This document shows, one piece after another, positions 1 through 13,800 of a stretch of DNA of 64,000 bases. The DNA lies in contig CM119268.1 in the NCBI GenBank assembly GCA_051294375.1, positions 21,844,010 to 21,908,009 of the forward strand. Reading direction: 5' to 3'. Every line of letters begins with the position of its first letter. Positions within the stretch are counted from its first letter, which is position 1. The DNA comes from Paraspadella gotoi. Its lineage: Eukaryota; Animalia; Chaetognatha. A model generated the notes under the pieces. It was not told the DNA's origin. It worked only from the letters and a program-made list of their open reading frames with translations, and did not search any database. Both the position numbers and the translations under genes were made by a program.

Positions 1-1697
1 TATATTTATTTAAATTATTACTTGTTTGCTAAAAGTCGATTGAAAGTTTATCGAAATTATAGGTCGTAAATCTTTGTCCTGTTTCTCTTTTAAAATAAAA
101 TTCCGACATGAATTATTAATAGAAATAAATATCTCCCGCAGGGTCGTAACGACCTTTTAAATATTACTTGATTAAAAAAGCATGGAATACGAATTACGGA
201 ACGAAAGGCGTTCTTTGTTTGCTTCGCCTTTTTCATTTACTCTCTCGCTGCTCTTGTCAATAGCGCCCGGGTTCTCCCGCTGTTGATTTAATGAGCCTTG
301 TGTGTCACTCAAACTAAAATTTAAGTGTTTGTATGGACCCAAAATCTGACAACCTTTCTGCATAATCGGTTTGGTTAGCGTGGGAGTGGTTTTGAGAGTG
401 CAAATTGTAAGACCACCTCAGGAAAAGAAAAAAGAAAAATAAAATTATAAATGAATGGAAATCTTTGTGACGAAGAAGAGAGAAAGGGAGAGAAAGGGAG
501 AGAATCCCAGATGGAAAGCTAAAGCCGCCCCACGAGAGAAGGAGGGAAACAGTCCCGCAGATAAATGGAAGTTTATACGCGCGTTGCATGAGAATTATGG
601 AGGTGTTTAAAAATAGAAAAGAAAATGAAACGTTGGCGCTTTTTTAAAGTTTTTAATCTTTTTTAAATGTTTTGTGTAAAATATTATCTTTGTCTGTGCA
701 CCGATGGTGGACCATCGATTTTATGGCGTCTGTATTTCTAATTTATGAAATGTCTGCAACTAAGTTGTTTTTGGTGAAAATAGTAACGTTTAGAAAAAAA
801 TTTTTACCTACTAGTTATTTGAAATGTGAGTATTATTGTTGCAAGCCAAGATTAGTTATCGTGATCCACAACTCAAGCTATATACGTTCATTTGGTAGTG
901 TAATCATCTAAGAAAAGAAGTGCTAGATCGTCTACTGTCTACGAATGGTGTCTACGACTATGTGGTTAACGATCAACAAAGGGCAATGTGGAGAGCGGTT
1001 CTTTTAGCGGTTCTTTTCGCTTCGGTTCCGTCCCTCGAATCGCCATTACTTCCTCGCGGGTGGCGTATTCGATCCTTTGCTCTTGGTTCTTCCGCGCTTT
1101 CCGTCTTAAACACCATCCCTCGGACATATTAAGTTAATTTTTCCTCATTTATTTTACACATTCACATTCCTCCTTTCTCTTATCTCATGAGTTTAATTCA
1201 CGTAGATATTCGTGCGATTCCTTCCCAAGTCCTTGATTTCTTTAACCAACACTCCTTTCCCATTCTAACGCCAAGAATTCTCATCCCTCTTTCTCCGCCA
1301 ACGCTGGTGGCCGCAAAGTAACCTTCGCGTGTTTTCCCTTAATATTTTTCATATTTTCTCGGTTGATGTCGGCGTCGAAGACGTAACGATTTTTCAAACG
1401 CAATAAAAGTGACGCGAGTTCCCTTCACATTTTCTTTCCACTCTGCTCGTTCTATACTTCAGCCTTTTGGTTAAGCTCAACGTCCCTCTCTCGGTCTCAT
1501 GTCCCACAACTTTCCTTACCCAACAGACCACTGTTCTAATTTAAGTCTTATCCAAAATCTTCTAATTTCACTTCGACCCTTCTCCACCCCTCTTCCACTT
1601 CGCCCTCCCCCCTCTCCACTCGCCCTCCCCCCCGCTTCCATTCGCCCACCCCCCCTCTCCCCTCTCCTTTCTTCCACTGCGCTCCTCCCCCCACCAG

Positions 1698-1828
1698 TTG
1701 CCTCGCGACAACCTGGAGATGGCGTTCTCGGTGGCGGAGAAGGAACTGGGGGTCACGCGACTCTTGGATCCGGAGGACATCGTGGACGCGGTGCCGGAAC
1801 CGGACGAGAAGTCAATCATCACCTACGT
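1698..1828 (+). CDS. Spectraplakin exon: C-terminal part of the second calponin-homology domain (actin-binding domain)
   Basis: cag|TTGCCT...TACGT|gtgagt translates [43 protein letters not shown](V) and joins the exon at 2722 (SSLCDAFP) in phase 2. Confidence 0.93.
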
Positions 1829-4800
1829 GTGAGTTTCAATGGCGAAAAAATCCCGAATTCAATCGTTGTGTGGACTTGAGAATTTTAACTTTCCAATCAT
1901 AAATCATCTCCACTAATGAATTTTTTTTTGAAAATACAAATTAATTTTTAATAAATATACCTCGGAACGAATTTTATTAATAATTTTTTTTTTCCAAAAA
2001 TCCTTCGAAATTAAATTATTTTTTTCGACGACTTTTCCGTCGTAATCGCATCAGCGGAATTTTTTTCTGGTTTCGGATTCTTCGATTTGTTTTTTTTTCT
2101 CTTAAAAAAACAAACAAAAAAAAAAGCGAGCCAATCGAAGGGAAAATAAAATCGAGCAGAGCCGCGCCGGCCATGTTCGTCGCTCGTTTCGTCAAGTCTA
2201 AAATTTTGCGGCGCCGGAGTCGGCGCGGCGACGTCGTTGGCGCCGCCGTTGACGACGCGGCGCGGACCGACTCGAAGTGAGTTCGTCTGCGACGGGGCGC
2301 CCCTTGGAGATCAAAACTTTTTTTTAGATTAAATGAAATAAAAGTGAATTAACTTTTAAATCTACCCACAACGGTCGCACGACGGATCTGTTGTGCCTCG
2401 TGTATTAAAATGATTGACTCAAATGGTTCTTGATTAAAATTGGGTTGAAACCTGGGATTGTCAAATATTTGACGTCGTCTCTTGACAGTTTTCGGTCCTT
2501 TTTTTTGTTAATCCACTTCGAGATAATAATATAAATACATGGTAGATGTATAGAGAACCGATTTGATTTTATTGATTTATAGTGATTAATTTTTTAAGCT
2601 AATTTTTTTTTTTGAAATCGACCCAGCAAAAATTTTTAAAAAACAATCAATCTTCAATTTTTAAAGTGATAATTTGACGTGAGCTTCATAACATTGATCT
2701 TTCTTGACGTTTCTCCAACAGGTCGTCCCTCTGCGACGCGTTCCCCGAGCCGCCCCCGCCCGAGTCCGCCGGCAACCTCAACATCCTCAAGTGCGAGGAA
2801 TACTGCGAACTCGCCGCCAAGCTGGTCGACTGGATGCAGAGAACCACTGGCGAGGTGAGCCATGGGGCTGGGAGAAGAGCACCAGATTAAATAATATGCA
2901 AATTGGGTTTAAACCGAATGATAAATCCAATAGCCAATGCGGCGCATCACTTTAAAATAGATGTTCCTTGTTTAACTTAAATCCTTCTCCTTCTTCAGAT
3001 CGTCTCTGAAACCTTTTCCCCAACCCTGTTCGAACTGCGGCAACAGCAAGCAGCTTTCGCCCAGTTCCGCAAGGAGGAGCTCCCTCCCCGGGCCAAGATT
3101 CTGGACAAGCTGCAGCAACTCGACAACGAGATTCCGCAGGGCTTCATGGCTTGCGACGGAACGGGGGGATACAACATCGAAGAGGTGTGGAGGGGGAGGC
3201 GGAAATGATGAGGGAAATGGAAAAGACGAGGGAAATGGAAAAGATGAGGGAAGCGGAAATGATAAGGGAAATGGAAAAGATGAGGGCGGGGGAGAATTTT
3301 GTCTGTTTACAAATAATTCATTAACATTGCACAAAATTAAATATTTAACTAAATTTAATTACCTCCAAAGACTTTTTCTGCCGGTTTAAGATATTAAGTA
3401 TATGTTGCCAAAACATTTATTTTTCTTTAGAAAAAAGATTTTAAAGGCCTAGAAAAACAACAACGACAACAACCTCAAACACTTTTTTCGTCCCAGGAAC
3501 TGATGCTGCCCAATCTCCTCCGGCGCTGGGAGGCGACCATGGGCGCCGTTCAGGACCGCGAATTCGGCTTCGGCGCCGAAGTGACGCGATTGGAGCGCCT
3601 CCAGCGGCTGGCGGAGAAGGTTCACCACGAGGCGAGAAACGCGGACAAAAGACTCGACGAGGTCGACCACAGGCTTTCAGAGGAAGAGGTGAGGCCTTTG
3701 GTGGTCGCGAAAGTTGAAAATCTTTTCAGGATAAAGCCAGTTTATATCAACTCGAAATTTTAATACTCTTGGTCATTGTTTACAATTTATTTATTAGTTT
3801 TAGGGTAAAAATTAAGGCAGCTTTTCCAAAATGGTATGGCCACCCTGACGTAATGGTTTCTAGTTTTGACGGAAGGAAGCGCAAACATTTTGGTTTATTT
3901 TCAAATTTTATTGATAACGAAAATATTCCCCCCCCCAAAAAAAAAATACATGTGTAAAACACTTTGCTGGTTAGTCGGTGGCAAACTATTAACGCAACAA
4001 CACTCGTAATATTTTATATTTGTCGTTTGGGGTTTAGAAGTCGAATCATTTTTTCTTCTCTAAATCTTCCTCACCCCCACGCCCTTTCCCTCCACTTCTT
4101 TTTCCTCCTTCCCCCATCTTTTTTTTTCCCCAACTCCAGGAACTCCTGGACAAACTTCATCCCATGGAAGCCAAGCGGCGCTGCGACGAGTTGGAGGGTT
4201 CGTTGAAGGTGGTCGAGTCCACCGTCAACTCCATCCTCCAGGACGTCCACGCCCTGCGAGAGGGCAACTACGTCAAGGGCGAGTCCCTGCACAAACGATC
4301 TCTCACGCTCTACCAAAGATGGGTGACTCTGCGCAAGCGAATGCAGGTTAGTTGGGAGAAGGGAAGCAACCGGATAAATAGGTAAGTTAAAATATGGGTA
4401 AGGTTAACCTATAATCTCGCTAATCGGTATTTCTCTTCCCCCGCAGGAGGGCGTATTGGCGAAATTAGACAAAAAGCGCTTTGAACGGGAAGATGTCTTC
4501 GTTTCCAAAGTCACCGAAGTCGTCACGGAACGAAGGGTGAAAGAGGCCGTCCACTCACCGGCCTTGCACGACCTTCATCAGGTGTGGTTCGTTGTGAATG
4601 TCCACCGATGTGATGCCGTAATTTTTGCATTTCGTTAAATTCGTGTATTTCTTATTTCCCCTCTTCCCCTTCCCATTATTTCTCCTCTTCCCCTTCCCAT
4701 TATTTCTCCTCTTCCCCCTTCCCATTATTTCCCCTCTTCCCCTTCCTCATTATTCCCCTCTTCCCTTCCTTTTCCCTCTCATATTTTCCCTTTTCCCCTT

Positions 4801-7800
4801 CCTCATATTTCCCTTTTTCCCCTTCCCCTTCCTCATATTTCCCTCTTCCCCTCCCTTCCTCATATTTCCCCTCTTCCCCTCCCCTTCCTCATATTTCCCT
4901 CTTCCCCTTCCTCATATTTCCCCTCTTCCCATACTCATATTTCCCCTCTTCCCTCTCATATTCCCCTTTTCGCCCTTCCATTTTTCACACTCCCCTCCCC
5001 CATATTTCCCCTCTTTTCCTTCCCCATACTTCCCCTCTTTTCCTTCCCCATACTTCCCCTCTTTGCTCTCCCCCTTATTCCTCTTCCCCCATTATTTCGC
5101 CCCTTTCTCCCCAGGTGATGAAGTGGATCCACGAGCGGACGACGGAGCTGGAGACTGCGGGCTACGGCAACGAAATCTCGGCGGTGGACGAGCAGATCGC
5201 CGCCCAAGCGTCGCTTCATCGCGACATCGTCGACTTCCGGCCGCGGATCGACGCCTGCGCCGCCAACCGCCACGCCCTTCCGGCGGACGAGATCGACGTG
5301 TACTCGGAGTGTCTCGACCGCACCGACTTGGCTTACTCCTTTCTGCTCAAGTTGTGCAGGTACTTGGAGGAATTAAATATCAAAATAAAATAAAATAATA
5401 TAGAATAAAACGTCATGAAAATGTGAATAAATGCTCGAGAGTTTATCGACAAGGGTCTCATCGCGATTCCATTAGTTTAAAGGAGCAGAAAGTTAGGGAG
5501 AGGAGACGACAAACTTGTAATTATCACCTTTTGGTTGATGTCGCCTTCATATCCAATTTTCCATTTTCTTAGTCAGAGAACGAGATTGCTGGAGTCTCTG
5601 CGAGATTTCCTATTGGCGGCGATGCAAGAATTGATGTGGCTCAACAGCAAAGAAGAGGTGGAACTCCAGCGGGACTGGAGCGAGAAGAATTTGCAGGTTG
5701 GGGGGGGGGGAGGAGAGTGAGGCAACACTTTTTAGTTTTGGGACTTTTCGCACGAGATTTTTTTCTTTTTCCCTATTGAGTCCTTTATTTCCCCAAATTT
5801 CGCCCCAGAGTCGCGACGCGGCCGAGATGACGTTTCACGCGGTACAATTCCCGCGCGGTTTTCGGTCCGGTTGTCTCTCCTCGATCATTTAGATATTTTA
5901 GAAGTTAAAATGTTACTATTTATATATATACTATTTTTTTAAAAATATTCCTTATTAGCATGGTTTTTTTCGGTTGGTATTTGCTGCCCGTTTTTCCGTC
6001 CAGATAGTAACTTTTTTTCCTCCCTTTAAGTAAAACCACATCCCCCCCTCACTCTTAACGAGTCTCAGATAGGGCGAGCTGCAAGGCGTTGCCGCTAAAA
6101 AAAATAGAAATCATTTGATTTTTCAAGAAATTTCTAAAATATCAGGCATATTCCCACCCCCTCCTACCTAGTGCTAGAACGAATTGCTAGCCCTTCCCAC
6201 ATTCGCGCGTTACTGACTTGTTCCCCCTCCACATCCACAACCCCTTCCACATCCACAACCCCGCCCCTTCCACATCCACAACTCCGACTCTTCAACACTC
6301 TCCAGGTCTCCGCCGTGCAACAGTCCCACGCGACCCTGACGAGGGACTTGGCCGAGCGGGAGCCCTCCTTCCAACGCGTTCGGGCTCAAGGGGAGAGCCT
6401 GATCTCGGAGGGGCACCCGGCGGTCAAGCACGTCGAAGCTTACCTGGTGGCCATGAGCACCCAGTGGGCATGGGTCCTGCAGCTCACCGTGTGCCTCGAG
6501 ACGCACCTCAAACACGCCGCCGAGTATCATCGGGTAAGGAACAGGGTGGGTTCGGCGAAAGGTGGTTGCAAGAAGTTGGCAAAGAGGTCTCTTTGTTTAA
6601 CTTAAAGAATATAAAAATATTTATAAAAAGTTAAATAAATGTTTGTTTTGTTTATCGTTTTTGTTTGTTTAATGTTTATTTAATAAAAAAAAGTTTTCTC
6701 CAACTTGTTTTCCCTTTCACCTCTTCCCCAAGTTCTTCCACGAGGCCCACGCCCTCGATCAAGAGATTTCGGACAAGGAGGCCTTCCTCGACAAGCGCCT
6801 CAAGGAGTTTGCCGGCGACGAGTGGGCGCGGCTCGACGACGCCGACCGCGCGGCGCTGACGCTCAGCCGCGGCGCTGAAGCCGGCGCCGAACTCACCCAA
6901 TTCAGGGAGGACGTGGAGAGGATCGGCGGCGCCGTGGACGATTTGGAGACGAGGAGTCGGGAGGTGGTGCCGCTGCGGCAGAGGAAACAAAAGGTGAGGG
7001 CGAGTGGGAAAGAGTTGGAGGGAAGGAAAGTGAGTCAGCGGTCGAAAAAAGGTAAGGAAGTTTGGTCCGTAAGACTTGATACGCCAGAGTGAGTGGGTTG
7101 AGGACGAGGAGCCCGACTGGTTTAAGGGATTGTTATATAAAGCCTTCGGCGTTGTAATTTCTTTCGCTCTACGCAACGCGCGCTGCGTTTGCGCTGCAAC
7201 TGCACGATACGCTTCGCGTGTTGCCCGAATTAACGAAACGCATCCGTAATCAGAACTTGCGACGACCCATCAGGCAAAGTTTAAACGGGTTTTACGTCGA
7301 TTAATGTGCGGGGTAAGTGGCGCCTGCCTTTTTTCGTCTTTGCCGGTCTCAGCGATCCTCAGATCGTCGCTTGGCTTCCGGATTTTTAGATTTTACCCTA
7401 ATTCGCGCATAGTTAGTTCACGTGGTCTTACGGTCCAACCTTTTCTTTATCCTATTCTTAATTCTCTACCGATTTTCCGAACTTAATAAAACTTTTAAGG
7501 GTGAAAAAGAAGTTGCTGTTTTTGGTTTCGCACCGGGAGATGAATCTTCATTATTTAATTTTCTCTCGCGATCTTTGTGCCCCCGTTGCATTGGTTTTAT
7601 CAATTCCCATATCATTATTAAACTCAACAGTTGACGCTTAAATACAAATTATTGTTAAGTTCTTAAAAATGTTTTTTCGATTCCAAATTATGCAACTCTT
7701 TTTAGGATTTATCCTATCGACAAATAATTTTTTTTTTTTTTTTTATAAATTCTGTAAATTTTCTGTTTTACATATCGAATATTTACTATCATCGCCTTTC

Positions 7801-10800
7801 AATCTCGCGATTGGACGCCCCAGTCAATTCCCCTTTCCAAATACTCCAAGTTCGTGATCCTCGAATATTCGAGGAGTTTAGAGAAAACTACCTCGCGACG
7901 CGAGTTCGAAACGCGTTCGCTCCTCTGGGATTTACACTCATTTTCTAGACCAGGCGGTATCGATCTGTTTCAAACTCTAATCTTCCCGCCCATTTTTTCT
8001 CTACCTCATTTGCATGACGACATTTATATTTCAGATCTATACTAGGATTGGGAAACATTTTTTTCAGTCCGAAGAAAAGAAATCCCTTGTTATTCATTAC
8101 AAAAAAGTTTTTCAATTTCAATATTTTTAAATTTGTACTACGAAAATGCGAGCGAATTTCCTCAACTTAAATTAACCTCCTGGATTTTATTGCCTGGGGG
8201 AAATAACGCATGACCAACAGTTTTTCTTTTATTTTCAGTCGTTAATTTTTCCCCCGTCTATTTTTAAACTTCAAACTTGAATATCTCCCCCTCTCCTTCG
8301 AACCCGCTCGTCAGGTGTCGTCACCTGTTCCCTGCGTCGGCATCTGCTCCTACAAACAACTCAACATGCAACTGACCAAAGACGAACCCTGCGGTTGGTC
8401 GACAACTCGCAGCGAGAGAAGTGGACCGTTCAAAACTCGAAGGGCAGCGGGCTCCGTGCCTGCCGTCTGCCTCCTAATCCCTGCCCCCAACCCCAGGCGG
8501 AGGAGACCGCCGACAACCTCGTCAGACGATACGAGAAGCTGAAGACGGGCTGGAGGAAGAAGAACTTGACGGTGGGAAGCGATATGAGAGAAAGCGTCTC
8601 TGATAATTTGTATTTGGATGAAATTTCTCTTCATGAAATTCTTACAAACAATATAATAATTATCTATTTATTTTCCAGATAAATAAGCTATCTTGCTCCT
8701 GACTTTTGACTGGTTAAGGCTTCCATCCCTCTTACAAGATAATGATGTTGTCACTTAGCCAGTCCTACAAGACTCCCTCACAGTAATTCCTTTAATTCAT
8801 TTCCACTCATTGTTCCTTTTTGCAGTTGCGCGAGACGCTGACGGCAGGCGCTGTAGCCGCCGCCGCGACGCTGGAACTCAACGACTTCCTGGCGCTGGAC
8901 CCCTCGACGCGGGAGTTCCTGCGCAAAACTCTCAACGAAGACGCCAAAGCGTTGATGGCGGAGCTGGGCAACGACCCGGCGGCCAAAGGTTAACCATTCT
9001 GCTCATGATTGTCTTGTTTCCTTAGTTTATAAACAGAGAAATTAACCCGTTCCACTTTCTACAGACTTGTTCGCCAAAATCAACGATTCCTCGGGAAAAC
9101 TAAAAAAACTGACCCAAGAAGCGAAGAAGAAGGGATACAAGCTGGAGACGCCGCCGCCGCCGCCTCCGCCGATTCGAACGGCCAAGACGGACGTGATCCA
9201 GTCGCCTCAACGGTGAGGGGTGGGGGGGGGAAGTTAAGCGCGACGGCATCTCTCCTCAATTAGCCCATCAATCTAATCAATAAAATCAAAACAATAAATC
9301 AATTAAAACAATAAATCAATCATATCATTAAATCAATATTGTCAAATATATCAAAAAAATAAATTCATTATATCATCAATCTTAATCTCATCCTTCCCCC
9401 CCTCTTTCTCCAGCGACGAGGTCCACATCTTCGGCAGTCTCCACTCTTCCCCCGTCGACGCCGCCCACTCGGCCGCCGACGACGAAGTCCATCTCTACGT
9501 CGTCGGCCCCAAGGACGTCGTCGTCGACGAGACGCAGCTGCAGCTCCTGCAGCAAATTCAGCAGCGGCCGGAGGTCGTAGCGCGGGAGACGCGAGAGGCG
9601 CTCGACTTTCTCGAGGCTGCTGCTCGGGCGCTGGCGGCGCGGACTGCGGCGCCGCTGCCCAAAAATCTGGACGAAATCAACGAATTGGTTCAGGTGAGAT
9701 TGGAAGAGGGCGCGCAGAGCTTAGTCTCTCTCTTTCTTTCTTTTCTTTCTTTTTTTCTTTCCTCCCTTTTTCTTTCCTCCCTTTTTTTCTATCTTTCCTC
9801 CCTTTTTATCATTCCTTCCTTTTTTCTTTCATTCCTCCCTTTCTTTCTTTCTTTCCTCTTTCTTTCTTTCCTCCTTTTCTTTCTTCTCTCATTTTTCTCA
9901 TTCTTTCCGTCTTTCTTTTTCTTATTTTTGTCTTTTTTTTTTCTTTTTTCCTTTTTATCTTTTCTTTTGTCTAATAATTCTCTTCTTTCTTTCTTTTCTT
10001 TCTTGCTCCATTTTTTTCTTTCTCTCATTTTTTTCCTTTCTTACTAACTTTATTCCTCCATTCCCATCCCCTTTCCTCCTTCCCCTCCAGGAACACAAAG
10101 CCTTCGAATTAGACTTGGAATCTTACAAACCGGAAATGCAACGCCTTCAAGACGCCGCCAGCGTGCTGGCGCTCAAGCGGCGCGCCGCCGACGGCGTCGC
10201 CTCCAAAGACTCTCAGGATTTGGAGCGGCAGTTGGAAGGCGTCGTGGGAGAATGGGAGGCGCTGTGGGACAAGTCGCTCGTGTATCTGCAGAGATTAAAA
10301 AGCGCGGAGGTGGTGCTGGCCGGTGAGTTGGGAACATCCTTGATAGAATTAATGAAAGAATTCATCAAAACTCTACCCCTCCTTCTTCATAGGCCTTAGC
10401 GACGTCTCTCAGTTGATCTCCGAGTTTGAACCTCTCGTCCACTCGACGTCGCCGCAGCCGACGGAGGCTGCGCTGCTGGACGTACTGCAGCAGATGGCGG
10501 AGCATCAGGGAATCGTCGATTCGTTGGAGACCGAAGTGCCGCTACTCAGAGAGAAGGTCAGGCGCACGTCCCACCCCCCTTAAAAAAAGAAATAAACTTA
10601 CCTCTTGAACTTACCAGGTGGAATCGTCTCGACCCGATCGCCCATCGAATCCCGACGTCGTCGAAGTGGAGGCCACATCGGGGGAACTCCGCGCGCAGTG
10701 GGACGACATCCGGGCTTTGGCGCGAAAGAAGCTCGAAGCCTTGGGCGTGGAGGCCCCGGCTTATCAGAACGGGATAGAGGTGAGTAAAGGAGAAGTTTTA

Positions 10801-13800
10801 AGAATTAAGATAAGATTATTGAAAAGGAAAGATGCTTTAATGTAGAAATAAGAACGGTAATTCAAATGTGTTGCGCCGCAGTGACTGCCTTATCACGTAT
10901 ATTTTTCATGACGTGACATGACATAATATGACATGAAATAACATAACGTGGCATGACATGACTACAAGAATACAATAACTTTCTTAGCCCATGTATTTAT
11001 GACACGCACTGCATCGGAATCCCGTCTTTTGTTTTTTATGGTTTTAGGATTTACGGCGTTAGTAGTCACTTAAATTTGAGGATTTTCCTATCTTTACAAA
11101 TGAGCATCGAGCAACCAACTATATGCAAGTTATGAGCATTTTTAGTGTAGAATAGAATAGAATTGCTCCGCGAGACATTTGGGACATTCTTTTTTCTTTA
11201 TAAGAACTTAGAATTCTCACCACGCTAGCCTTTTGTTTCCTTTTCCGCCCGTTAGATCGGTTGGCGAGTCGGACCGACAAAGAATCATTATTCCATAATA
11301 TAGAAATTGAGAATTACCCCTGACCTTTTTATCTCCCCTCAAGAGCGAACAATCGTGGGTGGACGAGGAAGCCCCTTCGTTTAACGGCATCGATCACTCG
11401 AGCATGAAGTCGGGCGATTTCCCCGACGCGCCCGTCCAGACCGTGACCAAGGAGCCGGGTCTCTACGTCGCCGCCTCGGCCGACGACCCCGCCACGCGCC
11501 TCACCGTCGATCCGATCGACGGCGTCGTTGAAGGCAAGAACGGCGCCGGAGCGGGCGGCGCCGGTGATGCCGGACCCTCGGCTTCGACGACGACCGCCAT
11601 CGCGGGCTTGACGGCCGCGGCAGCGGGTGAGAGAGAGAGCGAGAGAAATGGAGAGAGAGAGATAGAAAGAGAGAGAGATGCGCAAAAAGTATACATCGGA
11701 AAAGAAGGAATTTGAAAAGAGATTAATTCCAGATGATAAATCGATTTTCGATAAAAGTTATTCTATGAAATGTTTGATTAATTCGTAACGTCGTGTTCAC
11801 CTTTTTTCTTCCTTTTTAAAAGATTTACGTATTTCATTACTTGTTTTATAATGCTTTTATTATATTCAATGAATGTCGTCAATAAAAATGTCGCTCTCAT
11901 TCTTTTTTTTTTTTTTGTTTTCTTCTATCGCGCGCGCGACTAACCCAATCTAATGCCGCCTTCGTCGTCCTTCGCGCCTTCGCCTCTCCCAATCCCCGCC
12001 CGATCCCCTACCCCATCCTCTTCCCCACCCCATTCTCATCCCCTTAATTCCCTTCCTCACCCCTTCCTCACCCACGCCCCGCAGCCACCGCGGGGTCGAT
12101 GATGGGCGGAGCGGCGGCGGGATCCTCTGCCGCTTCCGTCGCCACAGCCGCCGCCGCAGGTAAGTCGCTTATCCGCCTCTCTCGCTTCATTTTTTCCTTT
12201 TCTATCATTTTGCGATTATTTTATTTCGACTGCGCTTTTGTTTCGTCATCTATTGAAGCTTTGCGCGCGAATACGTAGGCTATCAAAGCTTATCCTATAA
12301 CCTATTAAATTTGGGTCTTTTATTTATTCTTTTTTTTTTGTATTTGATTATTAAAGGCGAAACAAAAATTAATATGTAATCGGAAGATGAATAAGAAATA
12401 TTAAATAAAAATTGCTTATTCTTTGTCACAAATTTCCCCCATTGTCTTAATGTCGATTTCTCGACATTTGCTCTCGAGGTCCTTAAAAGGCGATCCTGCT
12501 CTCGTCGTTGACGTTCGCAGTGAGGAGATCGTAGTAGAATCCCTTTCGATCTTTGAGTTGCTCGTGAGTCCCGATCTCGACGATGCGTCCCGCCTTCATG
12601 ACCCCAATCATATCCGCGTTTTTGATGGTCGACAATCTGGGTTAAAGAATGAAATCGAAAGAAAGGATAATATTGAAGAAACGGAAAAAGGTAGAAAGAG
12701 GCATTACATCACAGATTCAGTATTTTATCATTTAATGATAAAAGATATTTCAATTTTCCATCCACCTGTGCGCGATGATTATGCAAGTGCGACCGACTTT
12801 GGCTCGGTCAAGCGCTTCCTGAACGACTCGCTCGCTCTCGCTGTCGAGAGCGGACGTCGACTCATCGAGCAGCAGGATGCGCGGGCGGCGGAGCAGCGCG
12901 CGGGCGATGCAGATGCGCTGCTTTTGACCTCCGCTGAGTTGACACCCTTTCTCGCCTGCGGGGTCGAGAAATAAATAATAATCAATAATAATCAATTTTA
13001 ACAACTAATAAACTCCGGGGAGGGGGTCTATCTCCGATTCACTAACCCACGAAGGTCTCGTAGGATTGAGGAAGGATGCTGACAAAGTCGTGGGCGTTGG
13101 CGCTCTTCGCCGCCTCCATCACGTCCTGCATTGAGCGTCGCTCTTTTTTTTCGTCGTCCGAGAATTCGGTTCCGTAGAGGATGTTTTCAGTGATGGTCCC
13201 GCTGAAGAGGACGGGATCCTGTATGAGGAGGCGGTGGAATCGGATGGGGACGGATTTAGCTTGAATCAAAGATACCTTTTTTTTTCTTTTCACTTCACCG
13301 ACCTGCGAGACCATCGCCATTTGCGATCGGAGCCAATCCAAGTTCAGTTCCCCGATTTCGTGATTGTCCAACAGGATGGCGCCACGTGAAACGTTATAAA
13401 ACCTGTGGTGGGCGAAAAGATTTGTATAGTGGATCGTAGAATGTCGATTGTATGAGACAATGATGTTTGAGAAATAATGAGAACACGCCTTTGAAGGAGT
13501 TTGACGACGGTGGACTTTCCACAGCCGGAAGCGCCGACCAGCGCCAACGTCTGACCCGCGCCCACCGTCGCTTTGAATCCGTCGAGGACTTTGATGTTGG
13601 GCCGAGATTCGTATCTGATTGTAAAGTAAGATCAAAATGAATAGGGTTAAATCAGTTCTATGATATTGAAATGACCGATAGAAGTGATATTACGTCACTG
13701 CAATATCGTCTTTAATTTAAAAAAATCTGACGAAATCAGTTATGGCTAAATGTAAGGTGATCAGGCGCGGGGTGCAATTCCCTTGTCATCAGAACCTGAA

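Noticed and set aside
920-1132. Short ORF with a signal-peptide-like stretch (MWRAVLLAVLFASVP)
   Set aside because: No convincing splice partner or recognisable domain; T-rich intron sequence easily yields such peptides.
4625-5398. 257-aa Phe/Pro/Leu-rich ORF, and similar ORFs at 9685, 25317, 31299, 47426 and 47589 with their Lys/Glu/Arg-rich antisense ORFs
   Set aside because: These are translations of intronic pyrimidine minisatellites that lack stop codons because of their composition.
12423-12974. Plus-strand 183-aa ORF
   Set aside because: Antisense shadow of the ABCB1 NBD2 exons.
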